Assembly: GCA_038249195.1 (NCBI GenBank)
Contig: JBBRWM010000001.1
Span: forward strand, 395,489-459,488
Reading direction: 5' to 3'
Length of the DNA: 64,000 nucleotides
Source of the DNA: Actinomycetota bacterium
Lineage (GTDB): Bacteria > Actinomycetota > UBA4738 > HRBIN12
Positions 36,212 to 47,391 of this stretch are shown piece by piece. The translations under genes and the position numbers were made by a program. How positions within the stretch are numbered: the stretch's first letter is position 1; each line of letters begins with the position of its first letter. The notes under the pieces are model-generated. The model had not been told where the DNA came from. It searched no databases and saw nothing but the letters and a program-made list of their open reading frames with translations.

Positions 36212-37530
36212 CAGCGGCTCCCCTTGGGCTCCAGGGCGAAGGTCTCGGCGTCCACGAAGACGCCGCGCTCCGCGAGCTTCTCGATGAACTTCGGCCGCAA
36301 CCCGGTGGACTTCAGGCGCCCTCGCATGCGGCCCTCGTCGTCGATCCCGGCCGAGTAATCGAAGGCGAACAGGTCCTGCAGCGTGATCACGTCGCTCTCC
36401 ATGCCCGCGACCTCGGTCACGTGCGTGACCCGGCGCGTGCCGTCCTTCATCCGGGACTGGTGCACGATGAGCTGGATCGCCGAGGAGATCTGCTCACGAA
36501 CGGATCGGGGCGAGAGCTCCATCCCGGCCATCATCGTGATGGTCTCCAGGCGTGAGAGCGAATCTCGCGGCGAGTTCGAGTGGATGGTGCTGATCGAGCC
36601 GTCGTGGCCCGTGTTCATGGCCTGGAGCATGTCGAGCGCCTCGGGGCCACGACACTCGCCGACCACGATGCGGTCGGGCCGCATGCGCAGCGAGTTCCGG
36701 ACGAGGTCACGGATCGTGACCGCCCCCTTGCCTTCGATGTTCGGCGGCCGCGCTTCGAGCCGCACCACATGCGGCTGCTGGAGCCGGAGCTCGGCCGCAT
36801 CCTCGATCGTGATGATGCGCTCGTCGTCGGGGATGAACGACGAGAGCACGTTCAGCGTGGTCGTCTTCCCCGCACCGGTCCCGCCGGAGACCATCATGTT
36901 GATGCGGCCGCGAACGCACGCGTCCAGGAACTTCGCCGTGGCGGAGCTCATGGTGCCGAACTCGACGAGGTCCTCGGCCTGGTAGGGGTCGGCGGCGAAC
37001 TTGCGGATGGTGAGCGCGGGACCGTCGACGGCCAGCGGCGGGATCACGGCGTTCACGCGGGAGCCGTCCGGGAGCCGGGCGTCCACGTACGGCGATGCCT
37101 CGTCAACGCGTCGGCCCACCTTGCCCACGATCTTGTCGATCGTGCGGCGCAGCTGCGACTCGTCGTGGAACTTCGTGCCGGTCCAATACAGCTTCCCCGC
37201 GCGCTCGACATAGATGGTGTCCCACTTGTTGACCATGATCTCCGTGACCTCGGGGTCGCGGACGTAGGGCTCGAGCGGGCCGAGGCCGAGGACGCTGTCG
37301 CCGATCTGACGCACGATCAGCAGCTTCTCCTGCGCGGAGAGCGGGCCTTCCTCGTCGTCGAGCAGCTCGCGCAGGCGCTGGTGGACCAGGCCCTCGAGCT
37401 CGCTGTCGGACAACGTCGCGTCGTACAGGCGCGGTCCGAGCACCTCGACGAGGCGCTCCTGCACCTTCACGCGGACCTCCGAGATCCGGTCCTTCTGCTG
37501 GGCCTTCGCCAGCCGGTCTGCCAGGGACAT
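36211..37530 (-). CDS. tadA: Tad pilus assembly ATPase CpaF/TadA
   Basis: VirB11/CpaF-family ATPase: Walker A GGTGAGKTT, Asp box, Walker B IVVGECRG, His box TGHDGSISTIHSN. Confidence 0.9.
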   Translation of the reverse strand: MSLADRLAKAQQKDRISEVRVKVQERLVEVLGPRLYDATLSDSELEGLVHQRLRELLDDEEGPLSAQEKLLIVRQIGDSVLGLGPLEPYVRDPEVTEIMVNKWDTIYVERAGKLYWTGTKFHDESQLRRTIDKIVGKVGRRVDEASPYVDARLPDGSRVNAVIPPLAVDGPALTIRKFAADPYQAEDLVEFGTMSSATAKFLDACVRGRINMMVSGGTGAGKTTTLNVLSSFIPDDERIITIEDAAELRLQQPHVVRLEARPPNIEGKGAVTIRDLVRNSLRMRPDRIVVGECRGPEALDMLQAMNTGHDGSISTIHSNSPRDSLSRLETITMMAGMELSPRSVREQISSAIQLIVHQSRMKDGTRRVTHVTEVAGMESDVITLQDLFAFDYSAGIDDEGRMRGRLKSTGLRPKFIEKLAERGVFVDAETFALEPKGSR

Positions 37531-37545
37531 GTGGGGTGGCCTCCT

Positions 37546-38757
37546 CTAGCTCCGCGAGAACAACTTGCGCTTCTTCTTGGCCGCCGCGTCCGCGTCGACC
37601 TCGTCCGATACGAGCTGGCCCGTGAACTTCGCGGCGAGCTGTCTGACCGCCACCGCCACCTCGGACCCCGGCTCATCCGTGACGACCGGACGACCCTTGT
37701 TCAAGGACGTGGGGACCAGACGACTCGACGGGATCATCGCGTCAACCTGGATCTTCATCACGCGCTCGACGTCGGTGGCGTCCAACCCCACCTTGCTGTC
37801 CGCGCGATTCAGCACGACGCGGAACCGCTCGCGGGGCAGGCCGATGGTGAGCAGGGTGTCGAGCGCCTTCGAGAGGTGCTTGACGCCGACGACGTCGAGG
37901 CTGGTGACGAGGCAGATCGTGTCCGACAGGTCGAAGCACACGAGCGCAGAGTCCGAGTAGTCGACGGAGGCGTCCACGACCACCCACGGGAAGTCGTTGC
38001 GCAGTCCCCGCAGGAACTTGCCGATCGATTCGCCCGCCGGGGCCTCCGCGGCCGGGTCGGGGGGCGCGCCGTACGCCCACAGGTGGTCGCCCATCTGGGC
38101 TCCCACCTCGCGGATCCGTTCGTGCGTGGCGCCTTCCCCGAGCTCCATCAGCTCGGGGATGTTCGTTGCGGGCTCCGTTCCGAAGTACGTGAAGACGTCG
38201 CCCATGTCGAAGTCGAGGTCCACGGCCGCCGTGTCCTGACCGGAGGTCTCTGCGATGGCTGCGGCGAGGTTGGTGGTGAGGAACGTCTTGCCGGCTCCGC
38301 CCTTGGAGGAGAACACCGAGATGATCCGCCCTCGCTGAGACTGATGGCTCGTCGAGGAGCTCACGCCCACGGACCGCAGGTTCGACGCCCAGACGATGGC
38401 TCGCTCGACGGCGTCCCGCAGCTCTTCGGTCCCCTGGGTCATGTCCACGACGTCGCGGATCCCCGCACGCATGGCGGCGGGAAGGAGTCCGTTCCACGTG
38501 TGGTCGCGCACGAGGACGATCGCGGTGCCGGGGGCCTGACGGCCCACGAACTCCGCCAGGCCGAGCGCATCGGGCTCCTTGACCTCCGGCGAGAGCACGA
38601 GCACGTCGACGGGGTGCATCCCGTGGATGAGGATCTCCTCGGCGGCCGTGGCGGACTGCACCCAGCCGACCTCTTCGGATTCGACTTCCAGCGATCGTGC
38701 GAGCTGCTGGCGGAACGACTGCGGCGTCCCGACGGCGACGACGCTTGCATCGGTCAT
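37546..38757 (-). CDS. cpaE: CpaE/TadZ-like pilus assembly protein (degenerate REC + MinD/ParA-type ATPase)
   Basis: N-terminal receiver-like domain without the canonical acidic pocket. Deviant Walker A SSKGGAGKT typical of CpaE/MinD. Confidence 0.8.
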   Translation of the reverse strand: MTDASVVAVGTPQSFRQQLARSLEVESEEVGWVQSATAAEEILIHGMHPVDVLVLSPEVKEPDALGLAEFVGRQAPGTAIVLVRDHTWNGLLPAAMRAGIRDVVDMTQGTEELRDAVERAIVWASNLRSVGVSSSTSHQSQRGRIISVFSSKGGAGKTFLTTNLAAAIAETSGQDTAAVDLDFDMGDVFTYFGTEPATNIPELMELGEGATHERIREVGAQMGDHLWAYGAPPDPAAEAPAGESIGKFLRGLRNDFPWVVVDASVDYSDSALVCFDLSDTICLVTSLDVVGVKHLSKALDTLLTIGLPRERFRVVLNRADSKVGLDATDVERVMKIQVDAMIPSSRLVPTSLNKGRPVVTDEPGSEVAVAVRQLAAKFTGQLVSDEVDADAAAKKKRKLFSRS

Positions 38758-39020
38758 GGTGCCACCTTCCCAAGCCCTCGTTCGGCGATGGACCGCGGAC
38801 GCGACCGGAGGTCGACGTGCCGCTGTCCACTCCTATCGGCGCTCCGGACGAGTGGTTGAGCCGGGGATGCTGCGCCCGATGGCTCGCGGACCTGGCCTGT
38901 GCTGATCTTCATGACTCCCACCTTGTCCGACGGTGCTGATGGGTTCGCCGGCCCCTCGCTCCCACGGGGATCCCGACCCGGGAGAGCGAGCGACCGGCGA
39001 GGTCGCTCTGAGCCTGGTGC

Positions 39021-39224
39021 TTACGCGCCGGCCACCGCGTTGCCGACCGTCTGGAACTTGTCCTTGGACGACGTTCCGAGGAAGGTCACGGCTCCGATGA
39101 TCACCACGGCGATCAGCGCAACCATCAGCGCGTACTCAACCGCGGTCGCCCCGCCCTCTTCGGTGGCGCGAAGCTTCAGGTCGGCCCACCACGTGGTGAG
39201 GCCGGTGTAGGTGCGAAGGAACAT
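39021..39224 (-). CDS. flp: Flp/Fap family pilin
   Basis: Flp motif EEGGATAVEYALMVALIAVVIIGAV in a 67-aa precursor. Confidence 0.75.
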   Translation of the reverse strand: MFLRTYTGLTTWWADLKLRATEEGGATAVEYALMVALIAVVIIGAVTFLGTSSKDKFQTVGNAVAGA

Positions 39225-39358
39225 TTTTCACCCTCCTTCATCGAGGATCCCGTCCGACCGGCGACCCCCTTTGGTCGCCGGAGCGGTCCTTCGTTACCGC
39301 TTGTCGACACCGTAGGGGTGCGGACTTGAGCAGGGAATTCCGCGTTTCCCTGATGGTG

Positions 39359-39377
39359 CGTACGTATCCATACGTAC
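39359..39377. promoter_or_regulatory. AT-richer inverted repeat cGTACGTAT-cc-ATACGTAC upstream of flp pilin gene
   Basis: Perfect 8-nt arms with a 2-nt spacer in an unusually AT-rich stretch, about 135 nt upstream of the flp start and just downstream of the last LuxR regulator gene. Confidence 0.4.
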
Positions 39378-39399
39378 ACAGCTTCGAGACGTTGCCCCG

Positions 39400-40101
39400 C
39401 TACGGGGCGATCGTCCCGACCGTGACGAGACCCGCTTGGGCCGCCAGGCGGATGGCCGCCAGACGGCTGCCGACCCCGAGCTTTCCGTAGATCCTCGCCA
39501 GGTGCGTCGTGACCGTGCGCTCCCGCACCCCGAGGCGGCCGGCGATCTCCCGGGCTGTGAGACCCTCCGCGGCCACGCTCAACACCTCGCGCTCCCGCTC
39601 GGTGAGCTTCACGTCGAGATCCCGCCGCCGTTCGAGCCCATCGGCGATGTGACCCACCGCGGATGGCTCGGGGCCCGCGAGCACCATCTCGCGGTCCGCC
39701 GCCTTGCGCAGCGATTGCAGGAACACCACCGGGTCGATGTTCTTGTCCACGAACCCGTCCGCGCCCACGAACAGGGACCGGGACACGAGGGACGCATCGG
39801 CGTTCGCGCCGCAGCCAAGCACGGCGTGGCCGGGGAACTGCTGGCGGAGCGTGCGGATGAGCCAGAACGAATCATGGGCGCCCGAGAGCCCAAGGCCCAC
39901 CAGTACGACCACGCGCGAACGGCGGACGCGCTGGATGGCGTCCAGGCACAGATCCGCGTCGCCCGCCTCGGCGAGGACCTCCATGTCGGGACGGTCGTCG
40001 ATCAACATCGCCAGCCCCGCCCGCACGACGGGGAGCGGGTCGACCACGACCACGCCCAGCCGGCGTTTGGGGGCGGGGTGCTCATGGTCGGGGCGCGACA
40101 T
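39400..40101 (-). CDS. LuxR/NarL-family response regulator (receiver lacks phospho-acceptor Asp)
   Basis: REC-like N-terminus (LGVVVVDPLPVVRAG...RVVVLVGLGLSG, no Asp at the expected acceptor position) plus a C-terminal HTH_LuxR (LTEREREVLSVAAEGLTAREIAGRLGVRERTVTTHLARIYGKLGV). Confidence 0.75.
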   Translation of the reverse strand: MSRPDHEHPAPKRRLGVVVVDPLPVVRAGLAMLIDDRPDMEVLAEAGDADLCLDAIQRVRRSRVVVLVGLGLSGAHDSFWLIRTLRQQFPGHAVLGCGANADASLVSRSLFVGADGFVDKNIDPVVFLQSLRKAADREMVLAGPEPSAVGHIADGLERRRDLDVKLTEREREVLSVAAEGLTAREIAGRLGVRERTVTTHLARIYGKLGVGSRLAAIRLAAQAGLVTVGTIAP

Positions 40102-40233
40102 GATGCCTTTCGTGTTCGAGCGGGGAGCCCGGCGAGCCCGAGCGCCGTTCCACCTATCGGCACGGCGGCGCCCGGGGATGAGCCGGAGCCTCGCGGGGAG
40201 AGATCGATCCGGGCCGGGGGAACGCCGGAGGCC

Positions 40234-40929
40234 TCAGCCGAGATCGAGCAACCCGAGCTTCGCGGCCTTGGACACCGCCTGCACCCGGGTGCGGACCCCG
40301 AGCTTCCGATACAGCTTCGCGACGTGCGTTTCCACGGTTCGTGGCGAGATGCCCAGGCGCGTGCCGACCTGGTGCATCGTGAACCCCTCGCTGATGAACC
40401 CGAGGATCTGTTGTTCCCGGGGGGTGAGGGTCGCCTCGATCGCGGAGCCCTCCCGCGTGCGCCGCGCGAACACCCCGAGCTGCATCACGGCGGCCTGCTC
40501 CAGATCGGGCGCGACCACGCGATCGCCCGCCGCCACGCGTCGGATCGCATCGCCCACGGTGCGCAACCCGTCGGCCTTGTCGAGACAGCCCGTCACGCCC
40601 GATCGAAGGATGTCGAGGATCGTCGCGCCGTCGGACCGCCCGCTCAAGACGAGCACGCGCGTCGCGGGCGCCATGGCGAGGACGGCCCGGATGACTGCGA
40701 GCCCGTCGCTCGCCCCGTCGAGGTCCATCACGAGGACCTCCGGCTCGAAACGAATGCAGAGGTCGGCCGCGAGCCCTGCGTCGTCGACCTCGCCGGCGAC
40801 GTCGAGCTCGGGCGCGCCCTCGCACGCCAGGCGCACGACGCCGCGGACCGCCGGGTGCCCCCCCGCGATCGCGACCCGGATCGTGCTCGCCGGCGCCCCC
40901 ATGGGGTGGAGGCTACCCCGCGGTTTCAC
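40234..40929 (-). CDS. LuxR/NarL-family response regulator (receiver lacks N-terminal acidic pair)
   Basis: REC (IRVAIAGGHPAVRG...LVMDLDGASDG...GCLDK) plus HTH_LuxR (LTPREQQILGFISEGFTMHQVGTRLGISPRTVETHVAKLYRKLGV). GTGA overlap with the upstream regulator gene. Confidence 0.75.
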   Translation of the reverse strand: MKPRGSLHPMGAPASTIRVAIAGGHPAVRGVVRLACEGAPELDVAGEVDDAGLAADLCIRFEPEVLVMDLDGASDGLAVIRAVLAMAPATRVLVLSGRSDGATILDILRSGVTGCLDKADGLRTVGDAIRRVAAGDRVVAPDLEQAAVMQLGVFARRTREGSAIEATLTPREQQILGFISEGFTMHQVGTRLGISPRTVETHVAKLYRKLGVRTRVQAVSKAAKLGLLDLG

Positions 40930-41588
40930 GCCGTTCGGGAGCCGGCACGCGCGTGTCGCCAGATCATCCGCACGGCCTCCACCTTGGTATGCACACCCAA
41001 TTTGGCCAGGATGTTCTTGACGTGGCTCTGAACGGTGAGCGGGCTGATGCCGAGCTCGAGCGCGATATCGGCCGTCGCACGCCCCTCGGCGAGCGCGCGA
41101 AGGATCTCGTGCTCGCGCTGGGTCAACATCGCCAACCGCTCGGGCCCGGTGGGCTCCGGGAGGGCGTGGCGGAGTCGATCGACGAGCCGAGGCAGATCCG
41201 CGGCGGGAAGCACGAGCTCGCCGGCCGCGGCTCGGCGGAACACGTCGATCAGGGTGCGGTCGCGCTGCGGCGGCAACATCCCGCAGGCGCCGGCCGCGAG
41301 CGCCAGGGTGACGGTGTCGGGGCCGGCGAGCTGTGAGCTCGCGAGCACCCGGACGAGTTCATCGGCGTCGCGGATCGCGTTCACGATCTCGGCCCCACGC
41401 CCGTCGTCGCGGTCGAGGTCCACCACGACCACGTGGGCGAGGCCATCGTGAACCGCCTCGAGCGCCTCCTCGGAGTCCGCGACTGGCCCGAGCACGCGGA
41501 TCGGACCACGTCGAGGCAACGCCAGCAGCAAGGCCTGGGTGAGACCCGGACTCTCGTCCACGACGAGCACGCGGATGGTGGCGATCAC
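40926..41588 (-). CDS. LuxR/NarL-family response regulator
   Basis: REC (IRVLVVDESPG...VVVVDLDRDDG) plus HTH_LuxR (LTQREHEILRALAEGRATADIALELGISPLTVQSHVKNILAKLGV). The conserved Lys of the receiver appears to be missing. Confidence 0.75.
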   Translation of the reverse strand: MIATIRVLVVDESPGLTQALLLALPRRGPIRVLGPVADSEEALEAVHDGLAHVVVVDLDRDDGRGAEIVNAIRDADELVRVLASSQLAGPDTVTLALAAGACGMLPPQRDRTLIDVFRRAAAGELVLPAADLPRLVDRLRHALPEPTGPERLAMLTQREHEILRALAEGRATADIALELGISPLTVQSHVKNILAKLGVHTKVEAVRMIWRHARAGSRTA

Positions 41589-41670
41589 CCCGTAGACATC
41601 GGCACGGCGGCGGCCTCATCTGAATCGGCGCCGGGATGTTCGTCGCGACCGCACGCGAGACACTGGCGGG

Positions 41671-43719
<2,049 letters not shown>

Positions 43720-43755
43720 GACGACCCGATCCACGCCACCGGCTACGATGGAGGC

Positions 43756-44226
43756 GTGGGTATCCTGCAGGCTGGCGACACCGCACCGACCTTCGCGCTC
43801 ATGGACCAAGGCGGCACGCTCGTGCACCTGGAGGACTACGCGGGCCACAAGCTCCTCGTGTACTTCTATCCCAAGGCCGACACGCCGGGATGCACCACGC
43901 AGTCATGCGCGGTTCGTGACGCGCGGGAGGACCTGCGCGGACTGGGTGTCGACATCGTGGGCGTCTCACCCGACGCACCCGAGGATCAGGCTTCGTTCGA
44001 CCGGAAGTTCTCCCTCGGCTTCCCCCTGCTCTCCGACCCCGACCACGCGGTGGCCGGGGCCTGGGGCGTTTGGGGCGAGAAGTCGATGTACGGCAAGACG
44101 TACGAAGGGATCGTCCGGTCGTCGTTCCTGGTGGACGAGGACGGGAAGATCCTGGAGACCTTCTACAAGGTCGCGCCAACGGCGACCGTGCCGCAGGCGC
44201 AACGAGCGCTGCAGGCGCTCTCGTAA
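43756..44226 (+). CDS. bcp: Thiol peroxidase Bcp (peroxiredoxin)
   Basis: Peroxiredoxin motif FYPKADTPGCTTQ (peroxidatic Cys) and a resolving Cys. Confidence 0.9.
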   Translation: MGILQAGDTAPTFALMDQGGTLVHLEDYAGHKLLVYFYPKADTPGCTTQSCAVRDAREDLRGLGVDIVGVSPDAPEDQASFDRKFSLGFPLLSDPDHAVAGAWGVWGEKSMYGKTYEGIVRSSFLVDEDGKILETFYKVAPTATVPQAQRALQALS

Positions 44227-44231
44227 CCCCG

Positions 44232-45061
44232 GCATGGGCGCGCGCGTGAACGCGGACGGCCGCGCTGCCGCCGACCATGTCTGCCGCCGCCCCGCCCTCG
44301 CGCCGAAGCCGGCCCACGTCAACGGCGTCCGGATCGACCCCCTGGGAGAGCGACGCTTCCTGCAGGTGGTGGAGGATTTTCTCGGCTGCGGCCGCCGGAC
44401 CGGGAACGCGCACGTGATCCACTTCTGCGCCGCGCATCCCACGGTGGAGGCGCGACACGACCCCGGGTATCGGGATCTGTTGAACGAGGGAGATCTCAAC
44501 GTCGCCGACGGGATGCCCGTGGCCTGGGCGGCCCGCCGCCGCGGGCATCCGGCGCAGCGACTTGCGGGCACCGACGGGATGATGGCGCTCTCGGACTGGG
44601 GCAGCGCGCGGGGCCTGCGCCACTACCTCTACGGCGCCACCGAGGACACCCTCGCCGCCATGCGAACGAACCTCGAGCGTCGTCATCCTGACATCCAGGT
44701 CGTGGGCGCCGAGTCGCCGCCCTTCCGCGCGATCGACGACGGCGAGCTCGACGAGACGGTGGCGAGGATCCGCGCCGCCGCGGCCGACACCGTATGGATC
44801 GGGCTGGGAGCCCCCAAGCAAGACGTCATGGCCGCCCGGCTCCGCGAGCGCGAGGCCGCTCCCCTGTTGTTCGCGGTGGGCGCGGCGTTCGATTTCATCG
44901 CCGGGACCAAGAGCCGCGCGCCGGCGTGGATGCAGCGCAGCGGTCTCGAGTGGGCACATCGGCTCGGTTCGGAACCGGGCAGGCTGTGGAGGCGCTACCT
45001 CCTCGGCAACGCGCGGTTCGTGGCCGGGGTAGCGCAGGACCGGGTCCGAGGCCGCACCTAG
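44232..45061 (+). CDS. WecB/TagA/CpsF-family glycosyltransferase
   Basis: VNGVRIDPLGERRFLQVVEDF...VIHFCAAHP...ADGMPVAWAARRRG...WIGLGAPKQD match the UDP-ManNAc(A)-type transferase family. It lies in-frame inside a longer composite ORF, and its start follows the bcp stop. Confidence 0.8.
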
Positions 45062-45066
45062 AAGCT

Positions 45067-45936
45067 TCAGCGTCCGAGGAACCGCTCCGCCAGATGCCGC
45101 GGCATCTGCGCGAGCTTCCCCCAAGGCTGGTAGCGGGCGTTGTCCCGCAGGAACTCGGCTCGGGCCTCCCCGAACCCGGGCCAAGCCCGGATCGTCTCGT
45201 CGAAGCGGGCGGCCGCCCACGCATAGAGCTCGAGGTCGAGCGCGTTCTGTGCTCGGATGTGATCCAGGTCGTCCATGGAGAGCGAGCCGCGGCGGTCGCG
45301 CCCCGGATCGACGTTGACCGATACGTATCGGAGCTTGCGCCAATCGAAGGCTCGCCGCATCAGGACGAGCGACTCATCGAAGCGCTCGGTCAGGCCGACC
45401 ACGGCGAAGGCTCGCTCGAGGTTGGCCTTGGCGTGCACGAGCATCGTCGACGTGCAGCCGCCGAACGACGTGCTGACGTCGCCGGCGAACGCACGGGTCT
45501 GACTGTTGTCCATCTCGAGGGAGATCCCGCTTCGCACGTACGAGGCGAGGTCCGGGAACGCCTTCGCCTCCTCGTGCAGGAGATGGCGCTCGTGTCGTTT
45601 CGCGTGATGGAACTGGGACGCGATGAGGTCGAGCGGCTCACGCAGCAACGTCACGTAGGTGGCCGGCCTCGGCACCACGTCGTGGAGGCCGAACGTCATG
45701 TGACCCATGATCAGGCGGGGGCGGGTCCGTTCCGCCTCGGGGAGGGCGGCGAAGTAGTCGATCGCGCCGTCGCGCCGCAGGCGTCCGGGCACCACCGTCG
45801 GCGCCCTGAGCTCCATGACCTCGGCGGGAGGGAACTCCTTGCGGAGCGCGCGCCGCATCGTGGCTCCGGCCGTCTTCCCGACATGAAGGAAGATGACGGT
45901 GGCGTCCTCCGCGATAGGGTCGTGACTCAGTGACAC
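45067..45936 (-). CDS. Sulfotransferase (Sulfotransfer_2/Golgi-type fold, HxxKTGGT PAPS-binding motif)
   Basis: 5'-PSB-like motif VIFLHVGKTAGATM near the N-terminus. Overall length and pattern fit family-2 carbohydrate sulfotransferases. Confidence 0.6.
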   Translation of the reverse strand: MSLSHDPIAEDATVIFLHVGKTAGATMRRALRKEFPPAEVMELRAPTVVPGRLRRDGAIDYFAALPEAERTRPRLIMGHMTFGLHDVVPRPATYVTLLREPLDLIASQFHHAKRHERHLLHEEAKAFPDLASYVRSGISLEMDNSQTRAFAGDVSTSFGGCTSTMLVHAKANLERAFAVVGLTERFDESLVLMRRAFDWRKLRYVSVNVDPGRDRRGSLSMDDLDHIRAQNALDLELYAWAAARFDETIRAWPGFGEARAEFLRDNARYQPWGKLAQMPRHLAERFLGR

Positions 45937-47048
45937 GGTGTGGGCACCGCGGACGCGTCGTGGAATTGGCCACCGCGCTCGGGGATGAACCGCCAGTCGT
46001 AGCCATCGCGGTGCAGTTGCAGCGTAAGGACCCCGAAGCTGTTGTCGTTGCTCGCCTCGCTGTTCGCGGCGCGCCTCGAGCTCGGGAACCTCGCATGGCT
46101 GGCGCCCCCGGTTCCCACGATGAACTCACGGATGCCGTTGGGCCTGCGCACGGCGTTCGGCGTCTGGCGAGCGAAGCGCTCGTACACGTGCTCGTGTGCA
46201 TTCAGGACGACGTCGACGCCCCGTCGGTAGAGCAGCCGCCAGATGGCATCGTAGGTCGGATCGCTTCCGTGCACGCCCGAGGAGAAACGTGGCCAATGCC
46301 AGAAGGCGAGCGTGCACCCGAAGGTTCGCTGGGGGTGGGTCGCAAGATCCGCCGCGAGCCAGGCGAACTGGCGCGTTCCAGGGGTGCAGCCTTTGGCCTT
46401 CACACAGTTGCCGTTGAGCGCGATGAAGTGCCAGCAGGCGCTGCCGTGCCCCGGCCGGCAACCCTGCGGCACGTTGAAACTGTAGAAGGCGCCCGAGCCG
46501 GGGGTCGGTCCCCGATCCGGTCCCTTCAATGCGGCGAAGTAGGCGAAGAACCCGTTGGCGCTCCCGGGTGGGTCCTGGCAACCCGTCGCCCCGGGGGCGC
46601 TCGCCGTGGTGCGGTAGTCCTTGTCCCCCACCACGGGCTTCGTCACCGCGAACACCCGGCCCCACGTGGGCCGGTACGAGCGACGGAACGCGGACAGGCC
46701 CCCGCACGTGTACTGCGTGTCACCCAGCGCCAGCACCGTTCGGTATCTGGCATGGGTTCCACGCAGCAGGAGGTTCGAAACCGCTTTCATGTGACAACCC
46801 GTGGCGGAACCGCGTCCCCTGTTGAAGGCGGGGTTCGACGGATCGCAAGCGATGTTTCCCGCCGCCGCGATCACGGGATCGTGCTTGGACACGTGCACGC
46901 GGGGGCGCTGGTGGAGGAGGCTCGAACCGCTCGCCCTTCCCGCAGGCGCCGCGCTCGTGATGAGACCGACCATGGCCGCGAACGAAAGCAGGAGCGCGGC
47001 GCCGCGCCCGGTGCGCCGTCGCGCGGTTGATGCGCGAGTCGGCGACAC
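45927..47048 (-). CDS. Secreted purple-acid-phosphatase-like metallophosphoesterase
   Basis: N-terminal signal (possibly Tat-like RRRTGRGAALLL). PAP motifs LALGDTQY (GDxxY), VVLNAHEHVYER (GHxHxYER). Confidence 0.75.
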   Translation of the reverse strand: MSPTRASTARRRTGRGAALLLSFAAMVGLITSAAPAGRASGSSLLHQRPRVHVSKHDPVIAAAGNIACDPSNPAFNRGRGSATGCHMKAVSNLLLRGTHARYRTVLALGDTQYTCGGLSAFRRSYRPTWGRVFAVTKPVVGDKDYRTTASAPGATGCQDPPGSANGFFAYFAALKGPDRGPTPGSGAFYSFNVPQGCRPGHGSACWHFIALNGNCVKAKGCTPGTRQFAWLAADLATHPQRTFGCTLAFWHWPRFSSGVHGSDPTYDAIWRLLYRRGVDVVLNAHEHVYERFARQTPNAVRRPNGIREFIVGTGGASHARFPSSRRAANSEASNDNSFGVLTLQLHRDGYDWRFIPERGGQFHDASAVPTPCH

Positions 47049-47391
47049 GCCGACGGCGATCGGGCAACGTCGGCGAGCGCGCCGCCCACCTGCCGCACGA
47101 GGGTCGGGGCGCGGGCGCGCCCGTTCGAGGTGGTTGCCGGGGGTCGAGATCCACCGAGACTAGGGAGCGCCTTCTCGATGTGTCAAGGAGCGGCCGCGTC
47201 CCGCGACCTTCGGCCCCGTGAAGGACCGATCGGCCCGTTGTCGGGCCGATCGACCGCGGCTAGCGTGGTCCCCTCGGGGCGACCCGGCGACGTCATGCGC
47301 CATAAGAGAAGGGTCTCGGAGGGCACGTGGAACCGACGGCGATCACAACCGAACATCCGAGGCGCCGCGCGCCCCTCGGGGAGGGCGCTTG

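Noticed and set aside
38761-38958. 65-aa minus-strand ORF (MKISTGQVREPSGAASPAQPLVRSADRSGQRHVDLRSRP...) between flp and cpaE with a GGTGGGAG Shine-Dalgarno-like sequence and its stop overlapping the cpaE ATG
   Set aside because: Third-codon-position GC is much lower than in real genes here. The composition is Ser/Arg/Pro-rich with no hydrophobic core or pilin/TadE motif. More likely untranslated leader sequence of cpaE.
47218-47391. N-terminal extension of the sulfotransferase ORF (MKDRSARCRADRPRLAWSPRGDPATS...)
   Set aside because: Arg-rich low-complexity sequence with no signal peptide or TM features; the sulfotransferase fold begins at the downstream ATG (47392). It is treated as intergenic, leaving a 343-bp divergent promoter region.
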